Part shown: positions 1-12,429 of the stretch, one piece after another
Layout: the number at the start of each line of letters is the position of its first letter
How positions within the stretch are numbered: position 1 is the stretch's first letter
Origin: Balamuthia mandrillaris
Lineage: Eukaryota
Assembly: GCA_031835245.2 (NCBI GenBank)
Contig: JAVKOQ020000011.1
Span: forward strand, 1 to 64,000
Reading direction: 5' to 3'
DNA length: 64,000 bases
The notes under the pieces: model-generated
What the model was told of the DNA's origin: nothing
What the model saw: the letters and a program-made list of their open reading frames with translations, nothing else
Databases searched by the model: none
Made by a program: the position numbers and the translations under genes

Positions 1-2045
1 ATCTCCAAGACAAACTCCAGCGGTTGATGTTGTTGATGCAGCAGCGATGGTGATGGTAGAGGTGGTAGTAGTGGTGCTAAGTGGCGATGAGGATAACGGT
101 GATGATGATGATGAAGATATTCCTCGTGGTGGTGGTGGTGGTGGTGGTGGTGTTAAATAACCTTCAAAAGTAACGACATGATTCCAATGATTTGGTATTC
201 CTTTGGTGACTTGTTGGCGCAAAGAAAGGAAATAAAGAGGAGGAGAAAAGGCATCCTCTTGGTGGTGACAGCTGATGTTGCTGCTGCTGCTGCTGCTGCT
301 GCTGTTGTTGTTGTTGTTGTTGTTGTTGTTGGAAAAGGAGGATGAAAGTTTAGGTCGAAATGCCACAATATCACCCAAATGAATGTTTGCTGCTGTAATG
401 GCTCTGGTACCAGTACAAACACTGTGTAACCAACAACTGGCTTCACCAGCTTTGCTCACCAGTCCATCTGGAGTGGATGCGATGATATGCAAGACATCAT
501 CCAGCAAACAAGCATCTTTGCACAATTGTTTGCTAGAACAGGAGGGTTTGGCTCTTTTGCAATGCTGAATGGCCTGTTTGACTTGATCTTTGATGGCATC
601 CATTTGGTTCTTTAGCAACAACAAGTAGGCATGATCTGTTGCCATCATTACTGTCGTGCGTCCTGTTGCTGCTGCTGCTGCTGCTCTAGTGACACCATCA
701 CCAAGAAGGGTTTTGGATAGAGGAGAAGCATTCCTGCTGGTTGTGGTGATAATAGAAGTAGGTGATGATGCTGGGGATGAAGAGATGGAAGAAACAGAGG
801 AAGTGGAGGAGGAGGAGGAGGAGGAGGAGGCAGCAAGGGTATCAAGCTGTTGTTGGATACTTTCATCATGCAAATGATAAAGACTGGCAATCATGACATC
901 ATGTACAGAGCTCAAGGCATACCCCACATCCAAAATCAACCATTGAACAAAGGCTTCTACGTTATGGCGTTGGAGATTCAAAGGAAGAGCTGGCAAACAT
1001 TGATGATGTGCACAATGTGCTTCCCAGATGGCCAAAGTCCAAGCATGTTTACGTTGGGTCGAAGGGCTCCATCAACTCGTCACTGCTGTCAACTCTGTCC
1101 AGCACTCTTCTGACAAATGGTTCATCAATGTGATAGCACGAGAAAGATGTCTGCCGGCACCATCACCACCGTTACGACTACTGCTGCCATGTGTGGTATC
1201 ATTATTATCATTTGCTGTTCTAGCTCCAATATGTTGGTTATCTCTTTTCTTCTTTTCTTGTTTTTCTTCTTTGTGTTTTTCTTTATCTTCTTCTTCTTCT
1301 TCTTCTTTGTCGTTGGTCAACAACAACAAATCTATCAACGTTGGTGTGGCTGTTGTTTTGCTTGTTGCATCTATATCTGTTTCTGCTCCTCCTCCTCTTC
1401 TGTCTAATGAGGATGATGATAATGACAATAAATTACAATTGCTACCGCTATCCATAACATCTTCATTGTTCTCAAAGACAAAGGACTCTGAATTTGTTGA
1501 AGAAGAAGAAGAAGAAGAAGAAGAAGAAGAAGAAGAAAAAGAAGAAGCAAATGAAGAAGAAGAACCAGAAGAAGAAATCATCCTTTTTGGTTGTTGTTGT
1601 CATGGTTGTGATTGGGTTGTTGATGCTGTGGTGGTAATAGTGGCGGTGGTGGTGGTGGTGGTGGTGGTGGTGGTAGATGAAAAGGGTGATGCAGAAAAAG
1701 GAGGTGAACAGAGTTCTGCAGGGTTATCAACAGTAGCAATAACTGGAGCAGAATCAAGGGTGGTAGCTGATGGTGGTGTTTTTAACCAATAATGATCCAA
1801 AAACTGCTTGCGAATGAAAGAGCGAGAGTCCAGAGCCTGATAGGGAGGCAAGTGATGATAGAGAGATGTTGTGGATAAGGATGATGATGATGATATTGAG
1901 ACAATCGTTATTTCATCATCCTCTTCTTTTGCTGCTGTTGCTACTATTGTTTTTGCTACTGCTACTTCTTTGTTGTTGTTGTTGTTGTTATTGTTGTTTA
2001 TTGGTGGAGGTTGGTCAAAGGCAGCAGGAATAGATAGATTATCTT
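1..2045 (-). pseudogene. Tyrosine recombinase (Crypton/DIRS-YR-like), 3' end beyond the window, two in-frame TGA stops
   Basis: Manual translation of the minus frame from a CAG acceptor (~2046) to position 1 is open except for TGA at 1602-1600 and 1074-1072. It contains a core-binding-like segment VEAFVQWLILDVGYALSSVHDV (~960-895), box I WLHSVCTGTRAITAANIHLGDI (~430-367) and a catalytic-Lys-like VTKG..WNHVVTFEG (~210-160). HxxR and Tyr motifs would lie outside the window. Confidence 0.72.
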
Positions 2046-2056
2046 CTGTTTGTTAA

Positions 2057-2092
<36 letters not shown>

Positions 2093-2534
2093 ATAGTAGA
2101 CACAAACACAAACAACAAATTGTGAAACAAAAGAAACGAGAAGTTAGTAATTGAGGATGAATGAATAAAGAGATGATAAAACTAAATGAGAACTATGTGG
2201 TTACTCGTTTTGTTTTTCCTTTTCTTTCCTAAAATCATTTTCTTTCTTTCTCTTTTTTTTCCTTTTTCATTTTTATAATTGCCTTTTCATACTCAGTTGT
2301 CTTTTTTTGTTGCCTATCTATTATTTACAACAACAATCACTACTATTACTCACTTACTCTCACTCAGCACTCTTAACCATTATTACCATCACCACCATTA
2401 TTACTTTACTATTCATCTATCTATCCATTGTTTAACCAATATTATTACCATCAACCAACCAACCAACCAACCAACCAACCAACCAACCTCAAGCTATCAC
2501 TCAACTAACCAACAAATATAAAAAGAGAAAGAGA

Positions 2535-2998
2535 TCACCTGCCTGTGTTACGGCGTTGTGAACGAGTTGTGGCTCCTTTTCTGCTGCTGCTGCTGCTGCT
2601 CCTAGATGACGCAGCCACAGCAGCAGCAGCACTTTGCAAAGATGATTTGGCCGCAGCAGTAGCAATAGCCTTTTGGGCAGCAGCTGCAGCCTTGCGCGTA
2701 GATTTGTTGCTAAGGCTCTTGGATGCACTTGTGTTTTCCTCTCCTTTCTGTTTTTCTGCTTCTTTTTCTCCAGCTTTTGCTTCTTCTTCTTCTTCTTCTA
2801 CTTCTTCTTCTGCTTCCTCCTCTTCTTCTTTTTCTTCTTCTTCTTCCTTGTCTCTGCTAGCATCTTTGCTTCTCTGTTCCTCTTCTTTTTCTTTTTCTTT
2901 TTCTTTTTCTTTTTCTTCTTCTTCTTCTTCTTCTTCTTCTTCTTCTGCTGTTGCTGCTGCTTGTTTAGCTGGGTCACTAGCAGTTTGCTTTGATACTA

Positions 2999-3054
<56 letters not shown>

Positions 3055-5578
3055 TAAGACAACAACAACAACAATCAGTAAGTAATGGAATGAGAAATCA
3101 CAAAGGCATAACACTGCAAACAAACACCAAAAAGATAGCGCTCCGATGGAGCGCTAAACAATCAACACCAAAAGATAATCAAAAAACAACGAATAATAAA
3201 AACACAAAACTGGAGTTAAAAAGCTGCCGCTCCGACGGAGCGCTACTGCATAAGGATAGAATTGCAACCAAAACAGCCAAAAAGAAAAAAACACAAAGAG
3301 GAAAAGGACAAACAATCCAACAAACAAACTCCAACCAACAGACAAAATGAAATATAATACATACATCCCAACACGTCGATCAGAATGGAATCATCACTCT
3401 CTTCATCCACTGCAACTGCTGATGGAGCTGTCTTGGGGATATTTGTCTTGCTTTTGCTATTTCCACCACCACTACCACGTGGTGTATCTGTATGCATGCA
3501 TGCAAGTAAGATGCAATGCATTTGTGTGTTGTTATTGTGCAAAGAAAGGATGGATATAAGCAAGTAATAACAAAAAGAAAAAAAGAAAAAAAAAACGAGT
3601 AGGAGTAGTGGATGTTGTGATTGTTGTAACCACCAAACATGAGCACCTCTTACCTGTTGCAGGAGTGATATCAACACTCATGAGACTGGCAATCTCATCA
3701 TCATCATCATCATCATCATCAGCATCAGCATCATCATTCTCTGAGGAGCTGCTATTGCTACTGCTGCTAGTGCTGCTGTTGTTGATACTAGGAGCAGTAG
3801 ACTTAGTAGAAGCTGTAGGCTTCTTTTTCTTCTTGGATTTTTCTTCCTCCTGCTCTGACTCCTCCGACTTATCTGCCGCCTTTGACTCCTCTGACTCGGT
3901 GGTGGTCTTCTTTTTCTTCTTTTTCTGCTGTTGCTTCTGCTTCTGCTTCTGTTTCTGTTTCTGCTTCTGCTTTTGCTTTTGCTTCTGCTTTTGCTTCTTT
4001 TTCTTTTCTTTCAGCAGCAGATCATCATCTGCTTTCCGTGGCTTCTTGCTTGTTGCAGGAGAAGAAGAGGCAGCAGAGGATGACATAGCTCTTGGGCGCT
4101 TTGTTGAGCTTGGTTTTTGCTGCTTTCTTTTTGCTGCTATTGCTGCTGCTGCTGCTGCTGCTGCTATGTCCATTTTGTCTACAAACTCACCAACTGATGT
4201 AGCATTTGCATCATTATCACCACCACCACCACCACCCAGACGACTGCCATCATCAAGACTAAACTCTGCATCATTCAAACTACTACTCTGGTCCACAGTA
4301 GCAAAAGAGCGAAGGTCAGGCCCAAAAAACTCTGTCAAGTCAATGCAGGGGCTGGCATCAACAGATATATCTTGCTGTAGCTCACTGCTCTTCTGAGCCA
4401 GCTTGTCCATGGCTTTTTGGTGCCTAACTGAATGGCGTTTGGCGCGATGCTTCTCCCTCTTCATTTCTGTAGTGCCGACTTTGGTAGAGGCTGTATGGAT
4501 GGGCTGCCACGTTTTGTCTTCCAATTGATCCACATATTGTAAATCCCTGGAGAGTAACAGAAAGAGAAAAAGAGAGAGAGAAAGAGAGAAAGAGAGAGAG
4601 AGAAATAAAGAGGAAAAGAGAAAAAGAAAAGTGAAAAAGTGGTGAGTTGTTGCTATGAAACAAACAAACAAACAAATAAACAAACAAATAAAAAAACGAC
4701 TTACCAATCAGCTGCGAGTGGTGATATAGCATCCAGCTCAGGCAAATCTTTGACATGCACAATAGCAGCTGCATCGGATAACTGGCCTGCTGGCATGTTA
4801 GCTGTAGCAGAGCTGCTAGCTGTACTCTTGTTCTTGCTTTTGGTGCTGCTGCTGCTGCTGCTTTTGCTTCGTCTTCGCTCAGGTTTTTTGGATTTTTCCA
4901 CTGCGATGTGCGGCCACACTCGCTCCAGCTGAGAACGAACCGGATGATGAATGCGTGTCTTCCAGACCTTTCTGTCCAAAGGATCCAACTCCAGCAGAGT
5001 ATTTTGTTGTTGCACTTCCTTCACCAAGCAGCGATGAACAGCAAGCACCAACCGCCTAACATCCTCCAAAGGTCCAGAAAGGTTGATGCTGGTAGAAATG
5101 TGCATGCCTTTCAAGGATTTCAGACTGGCAGAGTTCAACGTGTTCTCTGCCAAGGCTTTTTGCACTGTAAAGGGAGGACAATAATGGGTCAGCTTTATAC
5201 AGTAGAGGAACAACTTTTCCTTGGCGGAATGCTGCTTATCTACTATCGCTTCCTTTTGGGCTGCTTGCTCTAATTGCTGGTGATCCAGTGGGGGATGTAA
5301 GAAGGCCTCTGGATCTTCCTCCATCATCGCTTCTTCTTCTTCTTCTTCTTCTTCTTCTTCTTCTTCTTCTTCTTGTTGCTCTTCGTCTTCATCTTCCTCT
5401 TCCTCTTCTTCTGACATCCTCTCTTGTTGTCCTTTCATTCGATGACAGCTTGTTGTTGCCTTTGGGGGAGTAGCTGACATAAGGGCATCTGCCAAAGACG
5501 ACTCATGTAACCATTCTTGGCTCAACAGAGGCAAGCGAGTATTTTCCTCGTGTGTTGGGCTATCACTATGAGTAAGCA

Positions 5579-5610
<32 letters not shown>

Positions 5611-6226
5611 TGAGTGGACAAGCAAAGGGAATTTAAAGCAGAAAGGATAACAAGTCCCACTCGCAGCAAGCAAGTAAGGAAAGGAGGGAAGTAGGCACAA
5701 CATACTGGATAGTTTTAGCACGTAATATCATAAATAGTTTCTGCAGGCCTAGAGGGAGTTGTTGATATACTAACAACAGTTCTTCATGGGTGAAGGGACC
5801 CTGAAAAACACGTCCTTTTCGCTTGCGCCGTTCATCAGTGGAGGGCATTTCCTTCAGAATGCTATACACTGTAGCATTAATGAGATTATGGATCCAAATC
5901 CCGGTGGGCATCTCATAAAATCTGGACTGAGAGGGAGTAGCATCCAACAGTTGTTGTGGTGGCAGTGGTGAAGATTGGGGTGGATCCATAGGCAAGACCT
6001 CGTTGCCACGATCAAGACCAAGCGCGGCTTGATGCAGCATGTCCCAATGACCCTTGTGAATGGATTGCGTTAGCCACTTCCACCGCGGATTTTGCAGACC
6101 GTTGATGATCCATGGTCCTTCAACGATGCTACTATGGCAGCATAGGCCATTGGCCACGATATCACCCAATTCCTGGATGATTCCTTCGTTTTGGGCCTGT
6201 AGCCATCCATAATGACAAGTTCCCAA
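2535..6226 (-). other. Unknown multi-exon, low-complexity-rich ORFs inside the mobile block (probable cargo/accessory genes)
   Basis: Long minus-strand ORFs (2535-3074, 3532-4707, 4701-5669, 5633-6226) with GT-AG boundaries and microsatellite introns; no domain recognised. Confidence 0.35.
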
Positions 6227-6433
6227 CGGGAAGGGGGAGACGGGCAGGGGAAAACATCCAAAAAACCAAAGCAGGGCAGACCCCTCATATTTTGTCTACA
6301 AAAAAAAGAAAATAAAAAAAAGAAAAACGAACCAAAAGATTCGACCACCGTTACTTCATTCTGCGCCACTTTTGCACCTCATCCCCCACGATGCCTTCTT
6401 CTGAAAGGAAGTCGCTGACTAGAACCCGTTGCA

Positions 6434-8904
6434 ATGGGCCTGGAAGACCAAGAGGAAGCCAATCATTTGGACAACAAAAAGGCGGACAAAGACAGGCTGG
6501 TCTGTGTGCTGTCAAAAAGCTCATCAACCAAGTCAGTGGAGGTATTGTTGCTCCTCTGCTCTCCTCTGCTCTCGCTCTCGCTCTCACTCTCGCTCTCTTT
6601 GCTCTCGCTCTCCTCTCACTCCCGCTCTCCTCACTCTCCTCTTGCTTTCCTCTCACTCTCCTCTTTCTCTCGCTCTCCTCTTGCTCTCCCCTCACTCTTC
6701 CCTTGCTCTCCCCTCGCTCTTCTCTCACTCTCCTCTCGCTCTCCCCTCACTTTTCCCTTGCTCTCCTCTTGCTCTCCTCTTGCTCTCCTCTTGCTCCTCT
6801 CACCTCCCCTCACTCTTGCTCTCCTCTTGCTCTCCTTTCCTCTTGCTCCTCTCTTCTTCTACTCTCCTCCTTGCTTTTCTTTTTTTCTTGTTTATTCACT
6901 CTCATTACCTATAGGAGATCAAGTTGCCTTTCTTAAAGCATTACTTGCCACTCGCTGGGGACAGCCGTTGAAGGCAGAGCTCTTCCAAGCAACACTCCAG
7001 CCTTTGGCTAAGGGCCTAAAAGCTGCTTATGATGCAGCACCACAACGACAAAGGTCTCAACTGTTGTCAATTTGTGTAAATAAGGACTTGAAGCCAGCTC
7101 TATGGACAAAACTTGCTGCTTTGTCAAACCAGCAAGCATTTGCTACAAGCAAGGCTTGGTAAGATAACTTTTTTATTTGTCAAAATGAAAAAAAACAAAA
7201 CAAAAAGGTAACAAATACTTGCTTACTATACAATAGGGAAAGTGCTTGTGCTTACAAATGAAAGTATGGAGCTGGTGTTCCTTTACCTGCTCCTGTTCAG
7301 CCTCAGTCCAAACAAAAAAAAGGAGAAGAGTATGCAGAAGCCGTCCGCCAGTTTTGTATGAGCCACTCACACCCTGCAGACAATCAAACTGTGACCCTTC
7401 AACGAAAGTCAAAGACAAAACCTGCAGTGGTTTGTTTATTTTAATTTTATTTTATTTATCTCTAAATCATATTTATCAATAGGTTGTCCCAAAGTGATAT
7501 TGGAATAAACCAAAGAGTGCCATTTATGCATCCTTTCGGGAGGCCCATCCAGAGAAAAAGATTAGTCGTACTACCTTTGATCGACTTTGCCCAAAGAACA
7601 TTGCCCAATGTCATCGACAAACAGCTATGTGTAGCATTTGTCTTTCTGGCCCTAAGTTCTTAACTAAGCTCCAACAGTGCCTTACTGAGGTTGGCCACCC
7701 GAGCTCTTTGCTTCTTGAAGGAGAAGAAAAGAGGAAGGGGCAAACCTATCCAACAGCTTGCCTTCTTGGTAAGTGCAAGCATCAAACCAGCACCTTTGAC
7801 AAACTCCAAACATTACAAGAGGAGTATCAATACTTTTTAACTCATCTGGAGCATGTTGAACAACAAAAAAAAAGCTTTAAAGAGCAAAAGAACAAATTAA
7901 AGGGCATTGACCAAGAAGCCATTTTAGTAATGGACTTCAAAGAAAACATTAAACTGGGCATTAGTCGTGATGAGGAAGGACGAAACTTCTACTCTCAGCC
8001 CCAAAGGACCATTTTTGGAGCTACACTCTTGTATTGAGAAGCAGAGGGACAGCCATTAAGGGTACATTACTTTGATGTGGTGTCAGCTGTGCTAACCCAT
8101 GATTCTTGGACCACAGTTTGTTGTTTACAAGAGGTATTTGGCTCTCAAGATTGGAAGAGACTTGGTAATCATCTCCAAAACCTTTATCTTTGGATGGATA
8201 ATGGCCCTGGACACTTTCGAACAGGCAAGACCTTTTGTTATTTTGTTACCCAACTTGCTCAGGATGCTGGTGTTGCACAGCAAGTCCATGTAAATTATTT
8301 CTCTGAACAGCATGGAAAAAATATTTGCGATAGCCACTTTTCCATGATTAGCAAGGCCTTAAAGGACTGGACAAAAGAGTCCAATGCAGATGGAACAGGA
8401 ACTAATGAGGTTTGGACTTCTTATGATGTGAAAAGATGTCTAACAGAAAAGTTCTCTTTTTGGAGAAGAGAACGATTGTTATTCAACCACAAATATGCAG
8501 CAATGCCAGAAAAGCAAAAACGAGAATGGGATTTTACTATTTTAGTTCGAGATGATCTTCCTTCTTATCCAACTAAAGAAGAATTAGAAGAAAGAAGAAG
8601 TTATAATTATGCTCTGCCTAAGAATTTCCATGATTATAGTCATTTTAAAATTATAGTAAGTGATCCTTCTCCTGAACCTGCTAATGATTTGTTTTCTTCC
8701 AAAGGCAAAAGGCAGATTCAAGCATCTTTGTGGTCTTTAAACAGTCCACTTCATTTTGTTACTGTGACTTTTTCAACACAGCTTTTTAAAGAAGCTAGTT
8801 TGAAAAAAAGTGTACCAAAACCAGAAGAATATTCTGTTGGAAAGAATTTACGAAAAAGAAAAGAACGTCAAGAACAATTAAAAGGTTTGTTTATATTTAT
8901 TTAA
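6434..8904 (+). pseudogene. DDE-type DNA transposase (Sola/CACTA-Chapaev-like motif set), spliced, inactivated
   Basis: Motifs IYASFREAHPEKKISRTTFDRLCPKNI..TAMCSIC, VMDFKEN, YLWMDNGPGHF, YFSEQHGKNICDSHFS. Introns ~6542-6914, ~7159-7236, ~7430-7482. In-frame TGA at 7259, 7495 and 8035. Superfamily assignment is uncertain. Confidence 0.7.
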
Positions 8905-9559
8905 TTCTTTTATTTTTTCATTTTCTTATATATATTATATTTTTCAATAGAGGAACAATCAACTTCAAAGCGCCAAAGAATAACCTCATCAACATCATTA
9001 GAAACCTTTGTACAGTCTTCTCCTTCTCCTTTTCCTTTTCCTTCTCCTTCTCCTTCTCCTTCTCCTTCTCCTTCTCCTTCTTCTTCTCCTTCCCTTTCTT
9101 CTTCTTCTTTTCCTTCTTCTTCTCCTTCTCCTTCTTCTTCTCCTTCTCTTTCTTTTTCTCTTGCTTCTTCTCCTTTTCCTTCTACTTCTCCTTCTTCTTC
9201 TCTTTTTCCCTTTCCTTCTTGTTCTCCTTCTGTTTTTCCTTCTTATTCTTCTTCTCTTTTTTCTTCATCTTGTCCTTCATCTTGTCCTTCATTATGTCTT
9301 TCTTCATCTTTTGTTATACCTCATTTAGCACCAATGGAATTAGATTGCTCTTCAGTAGAGACTTGTTTGGATGTGAATGAAAACATGCAACTTGATATAC
9401 ATTCTGTAGAAACAAGAATGGAAATTGGGTACTGAAGCTTTCACTCTAACTTTTAAAAGCTTGCATTATTTATTTAGGTAAATTTAATGGAGGAGATTCT
9501 GTTGCTTTGAAGCATATGTGTGATATGGAGGTTGGAGGACCATATGTTTCTTTGCATAA

Positions 9560-9999
9560 CTAGGCAAAGCCTAGAACAGAATCAAGAAAGTGGAAGGATG
9601 GGCCACTTTCTTTTAAAAAGCCCTTTCAAAGAGAAGGGCATGGTTTGTGGTAAGCCCTCTCTAATGAGAGGGCAAGTGCCCTCCAAGAAGAGGGCTGTAG
9701 TCCTTCTAGTGAGAAGGACTACTCCAAGTCCTCCCTTTTGGGAGGACAAATCCCAAGTCCTCCTCTTTTGAGGAGGACAAACCCCACGTCCTCCTCTTTT
9801 GAGGAGGACAAACCCCACGTCCTCCTCTTTTGAGGAGGACAAACCCCACATCCTCCTCTTTTGAGGAGGACACTATTTTAATGGAGGACATCCCATTACA
9901 TAGCTGATGTAATAATATGGAGGTTGGAGGATTACATCACTTTGTCAAGCCAGTTTTTTGGAGCGGGATGGAAAAAGTGGATGGATGGGCCACTTTTTC
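9560..9999. repeat. Array of ~12 short hairpins including 31-bp tandem units GTCCTCCTC-TTTT-GAGGAGGAC-AAACCCCAC
   Basis: Inverted repeats seen at 9560, 9584, 9620, 9654, 9678, 9699, 9728, 9757, 9788, 9819, 9851 and 9971. Confidence 0.85.
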
Positions 10000-10789
10000 A
10001 AATAAGTATTAAGGAAAGTATTTCTTTTTTTCTTTTTATTGGAATAGCATTCTCATTTTTTTTTTTTGTGTTAAGTTTTGCTTGGCAAAAAGTTTAAAAT
10101 TTGCTTGTTATTAAGGAATGTAACTCTCTCTTTGTTTTTTTATTTTTTTCCTATTTAACCATTGTTTTTGCCTTAAAACAAATAGCCACAATCTAATCAA
10201 CATACACAAAAAACCACCTAAACTAACAAAAAATAACCAAAACTGCTACTCCTGAAGAAGAAAGAACTGCTCAGGTACTAATAATGTCAACGCTGTTCAA
10301 AAATAAGTTCAGAGCTACTGCTGCGAAGCCAGCAAGAAAAGAAGAATACCAAAATGGGAAAGCGTGAAGCAAAGCAAGCTCATGATGCTGCTCAAGTTGC
10401 TACATGTGAGGTGAATGGCTAGCCGCACAATGAGGGCTAATCAGGTGAAGGAGGTTAGCGGAAGACGTGCTGCTCGTGTGCACAAATAGTGCTGTGTTTG
10501 GTCGACACAAATCAAATAAGGAAAGAGTAATACATAGGGCACTTGATAATAGGGTGGGGTTATGCTGCGGTTTGGAAAAAAATTTTTGGATAATTTTTCG
10601 ATACTTCCATTGAAAAGTTGTCATTGTACATTAAGGGATAACCAACAAAAAAAAAAAAAAATGAAAGTTAGCACTTTCCTTCCACCAGGCGCATATAACA
10701 ATCTCCTAACCCACCCTAACAACCAACTAAACAAACAAACAGAAAAAAAAAAAATAAACAGATGATGATGGACCTTGTGTCTACAAAAC

Positions 10790-11150
10790 CTCAGAAAGAT
10801 TTTGCTTTGCTCTGTGTTAATATGGGAATGTAATAATAAAACACCAACTGCTTCTGGATGGCTGGAGCCAAGGGGTGCAGCAGACGAAAGTCAGTTTTCG
10901 AAATGAGGCCCCGGTTCTCTGCTGCCAGTTGGGAAATAACATCGATGGACATATGCTCCACTAGGGACAGATCTTGTCAAAAAGCATTGAGCATAAAGGA
11001 TTTCACATGGGCCGCTGGCAAATCCTGTTTTGTGAGCACAAAATACAGTAGCATCTCCCGTGGAGGTAAGCTTTTCTTTGATTTGGCATCATCAAAAATA
11101 TGTTCCGCAGCAGCAAGCGCCACTTTCAAGACCCTGTTGTTTTGAATCTG
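10790..11150 (-). pseudogene. Unknown gene remnant downstream of the Harbinger-like transposase
   Basis: Protein-like frame RVLKVALAAAEHIFDD...MLNAF*QDLSLVEHMSIDVISQLAAENRGLISK continues through a TGA at 10979-10977. Confidence 0.35.
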
Positions 11151-11357
11151 ATTCATTGCCCTGACACAACATAACACATAGAAGTAAGTAGGTTGGTAGT
11201 AGGTAGGTAGGTAAGTAGGTAGGTCAGAAAACAAACAAACAAACAAACAAACAAACAAACAAACAACAAGAAGCACATACTCAGTCTTGGAGAGTTAAAC
11301 TGCATTGGAGAGCTTCAACAAAGTGTCAGCAAATCCAATTGGGGGAAATTGAATGAT

Positions 11358-11903
11358 TTATTTGTTTTTCCTTAAAGGAGTAAATAAAAGCTCAACATTT
11401 GTCATTTTGGCAATAACATAAAAGGCTTGATGGTGTTGAGTATGTCTATGACGCCAACTCACTTTTAAGCAACACCAGATCTTTAAACGATGATTTAAAC
11501 GTTCAACATTAGCCCAGTGGGTTTTGGTATGCAGCTTATTCCATATTTTTTGCTCTTCTGTTAAAGTATCCCATGGACCTTTATAAGGAGTGAGAAAAGC
11601 AGGGTGTCCAATATATCCTTTGTCAGCTGTCACCTGTTCTTTTGTTTCCAGTTCATGAACAAGCTTAAGCTTTGCAATTGTCAAATCATGCATAGAACCC
11701 ATTATTCCTCCATAAACCCACACAATTTGGCCAGTATGTAGGTGAACACCAACTTCATACTTGAGTGTATGCTGCTTACATTTTCCACAATAAAAGTCCT
11801 TCTCATCTACAATAGTTGGCTTGGCTATTGGGCAACAAGTACAGTCAACACAACAAGATGGAAATAATATATCTTGGTCAACTCATCTATTTTCCCAATG
11901 GAT
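11358..11903 (-). pseudogene. PIF/Harbinger-ISL2EU-like DDE_Tnp_4 transposase, 5'-truncated
   Basis: IHWENR*...VDCTCCPIAKP, FYCGK..HTLKYEVGVHLHTGQIVWVYGG..GSMHDL, ADKGYIG, ANVERLNHRLKIW. In-frame TGA at 11885-11883. The exon starts after a branch-point-like TTACTAA and CAG acceptor abutting the TTAGGG tract. Confidence 0.8.
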
Positions 11904-11922
11904 CTGTTTGTTTTTAGTAAGA

Positions 11923-12068
11923 GGTTAGGGTTAGGGTTAGGGTTAGGGTTAGGGTTAGGGTTAGGGTTAGGGTTAGGGTTAGGGTTAGGGTTAGGGGGTT
12001 ATGTAGGTAGGGTTAGTTAGGGTTAGGGTTAGGGTTAGGGTTAGGGTTAGGGTTAGGGTTAGGGTTAG
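11923..12068 (+). repeat. Interstitial telomeric-type repeat (TTAGGG)n
   Basis: About 145 bp of TTAGGG with a degenerate stretch at ~11991-12020. Confidence 0.95.
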
Positions 12069-12081
12069 AGCAATACGTAAC

Positions 12082-12388
12082 TCAGAGGCGAGTAGCAATC
12101 GACTTTCGTCGGGAGGATGGGTGCACCCATATCCGGCTTATGCCGCATAGCGCTGCACACGGAGTGGTGCTACAGGAGCGCCACCTATCCTCTTCCTGCC
12201 CACACCCGTCTTCCTCTTCCTCTGCCTCCAAGGACCCTTTGGTTGATTCTATAGTAGTTGGTGCAGCCACAACCGGATAGGCTTTTTCAATCTCCTCCGC
12301 TACAGCACAACCGAGCACCTTATGCTGCGAATCCAAGTAGATAAATGTCTTAAAAGCCGTTGTGCCAGCATTAGCCTTTGCACGCGTG

Positions 12389-12429
<41 letters not shown>

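Noticed and set aside
5990..6226. OTU-like protease motif (DIVANGLCCHSSI...HWD)
   Set aside because: Cys-His spacing is too short for an OTU fold and the reading frame is uncertain.
9728..9871. CRISPR-like palindromic repeat array
   Set aside because: Linkers are only 9 bp and nearly identical, there are no unique spacers and no cas genes, and the context is eukaryotic; kept as a hairpin array.
1072..11885. Alternative genetic code (TGA read as sense) in the mobile block
   Set aside because: Host genes such as STAT (21910-12) use TGA as a stop; CpG deamination explains the pattern more simply.
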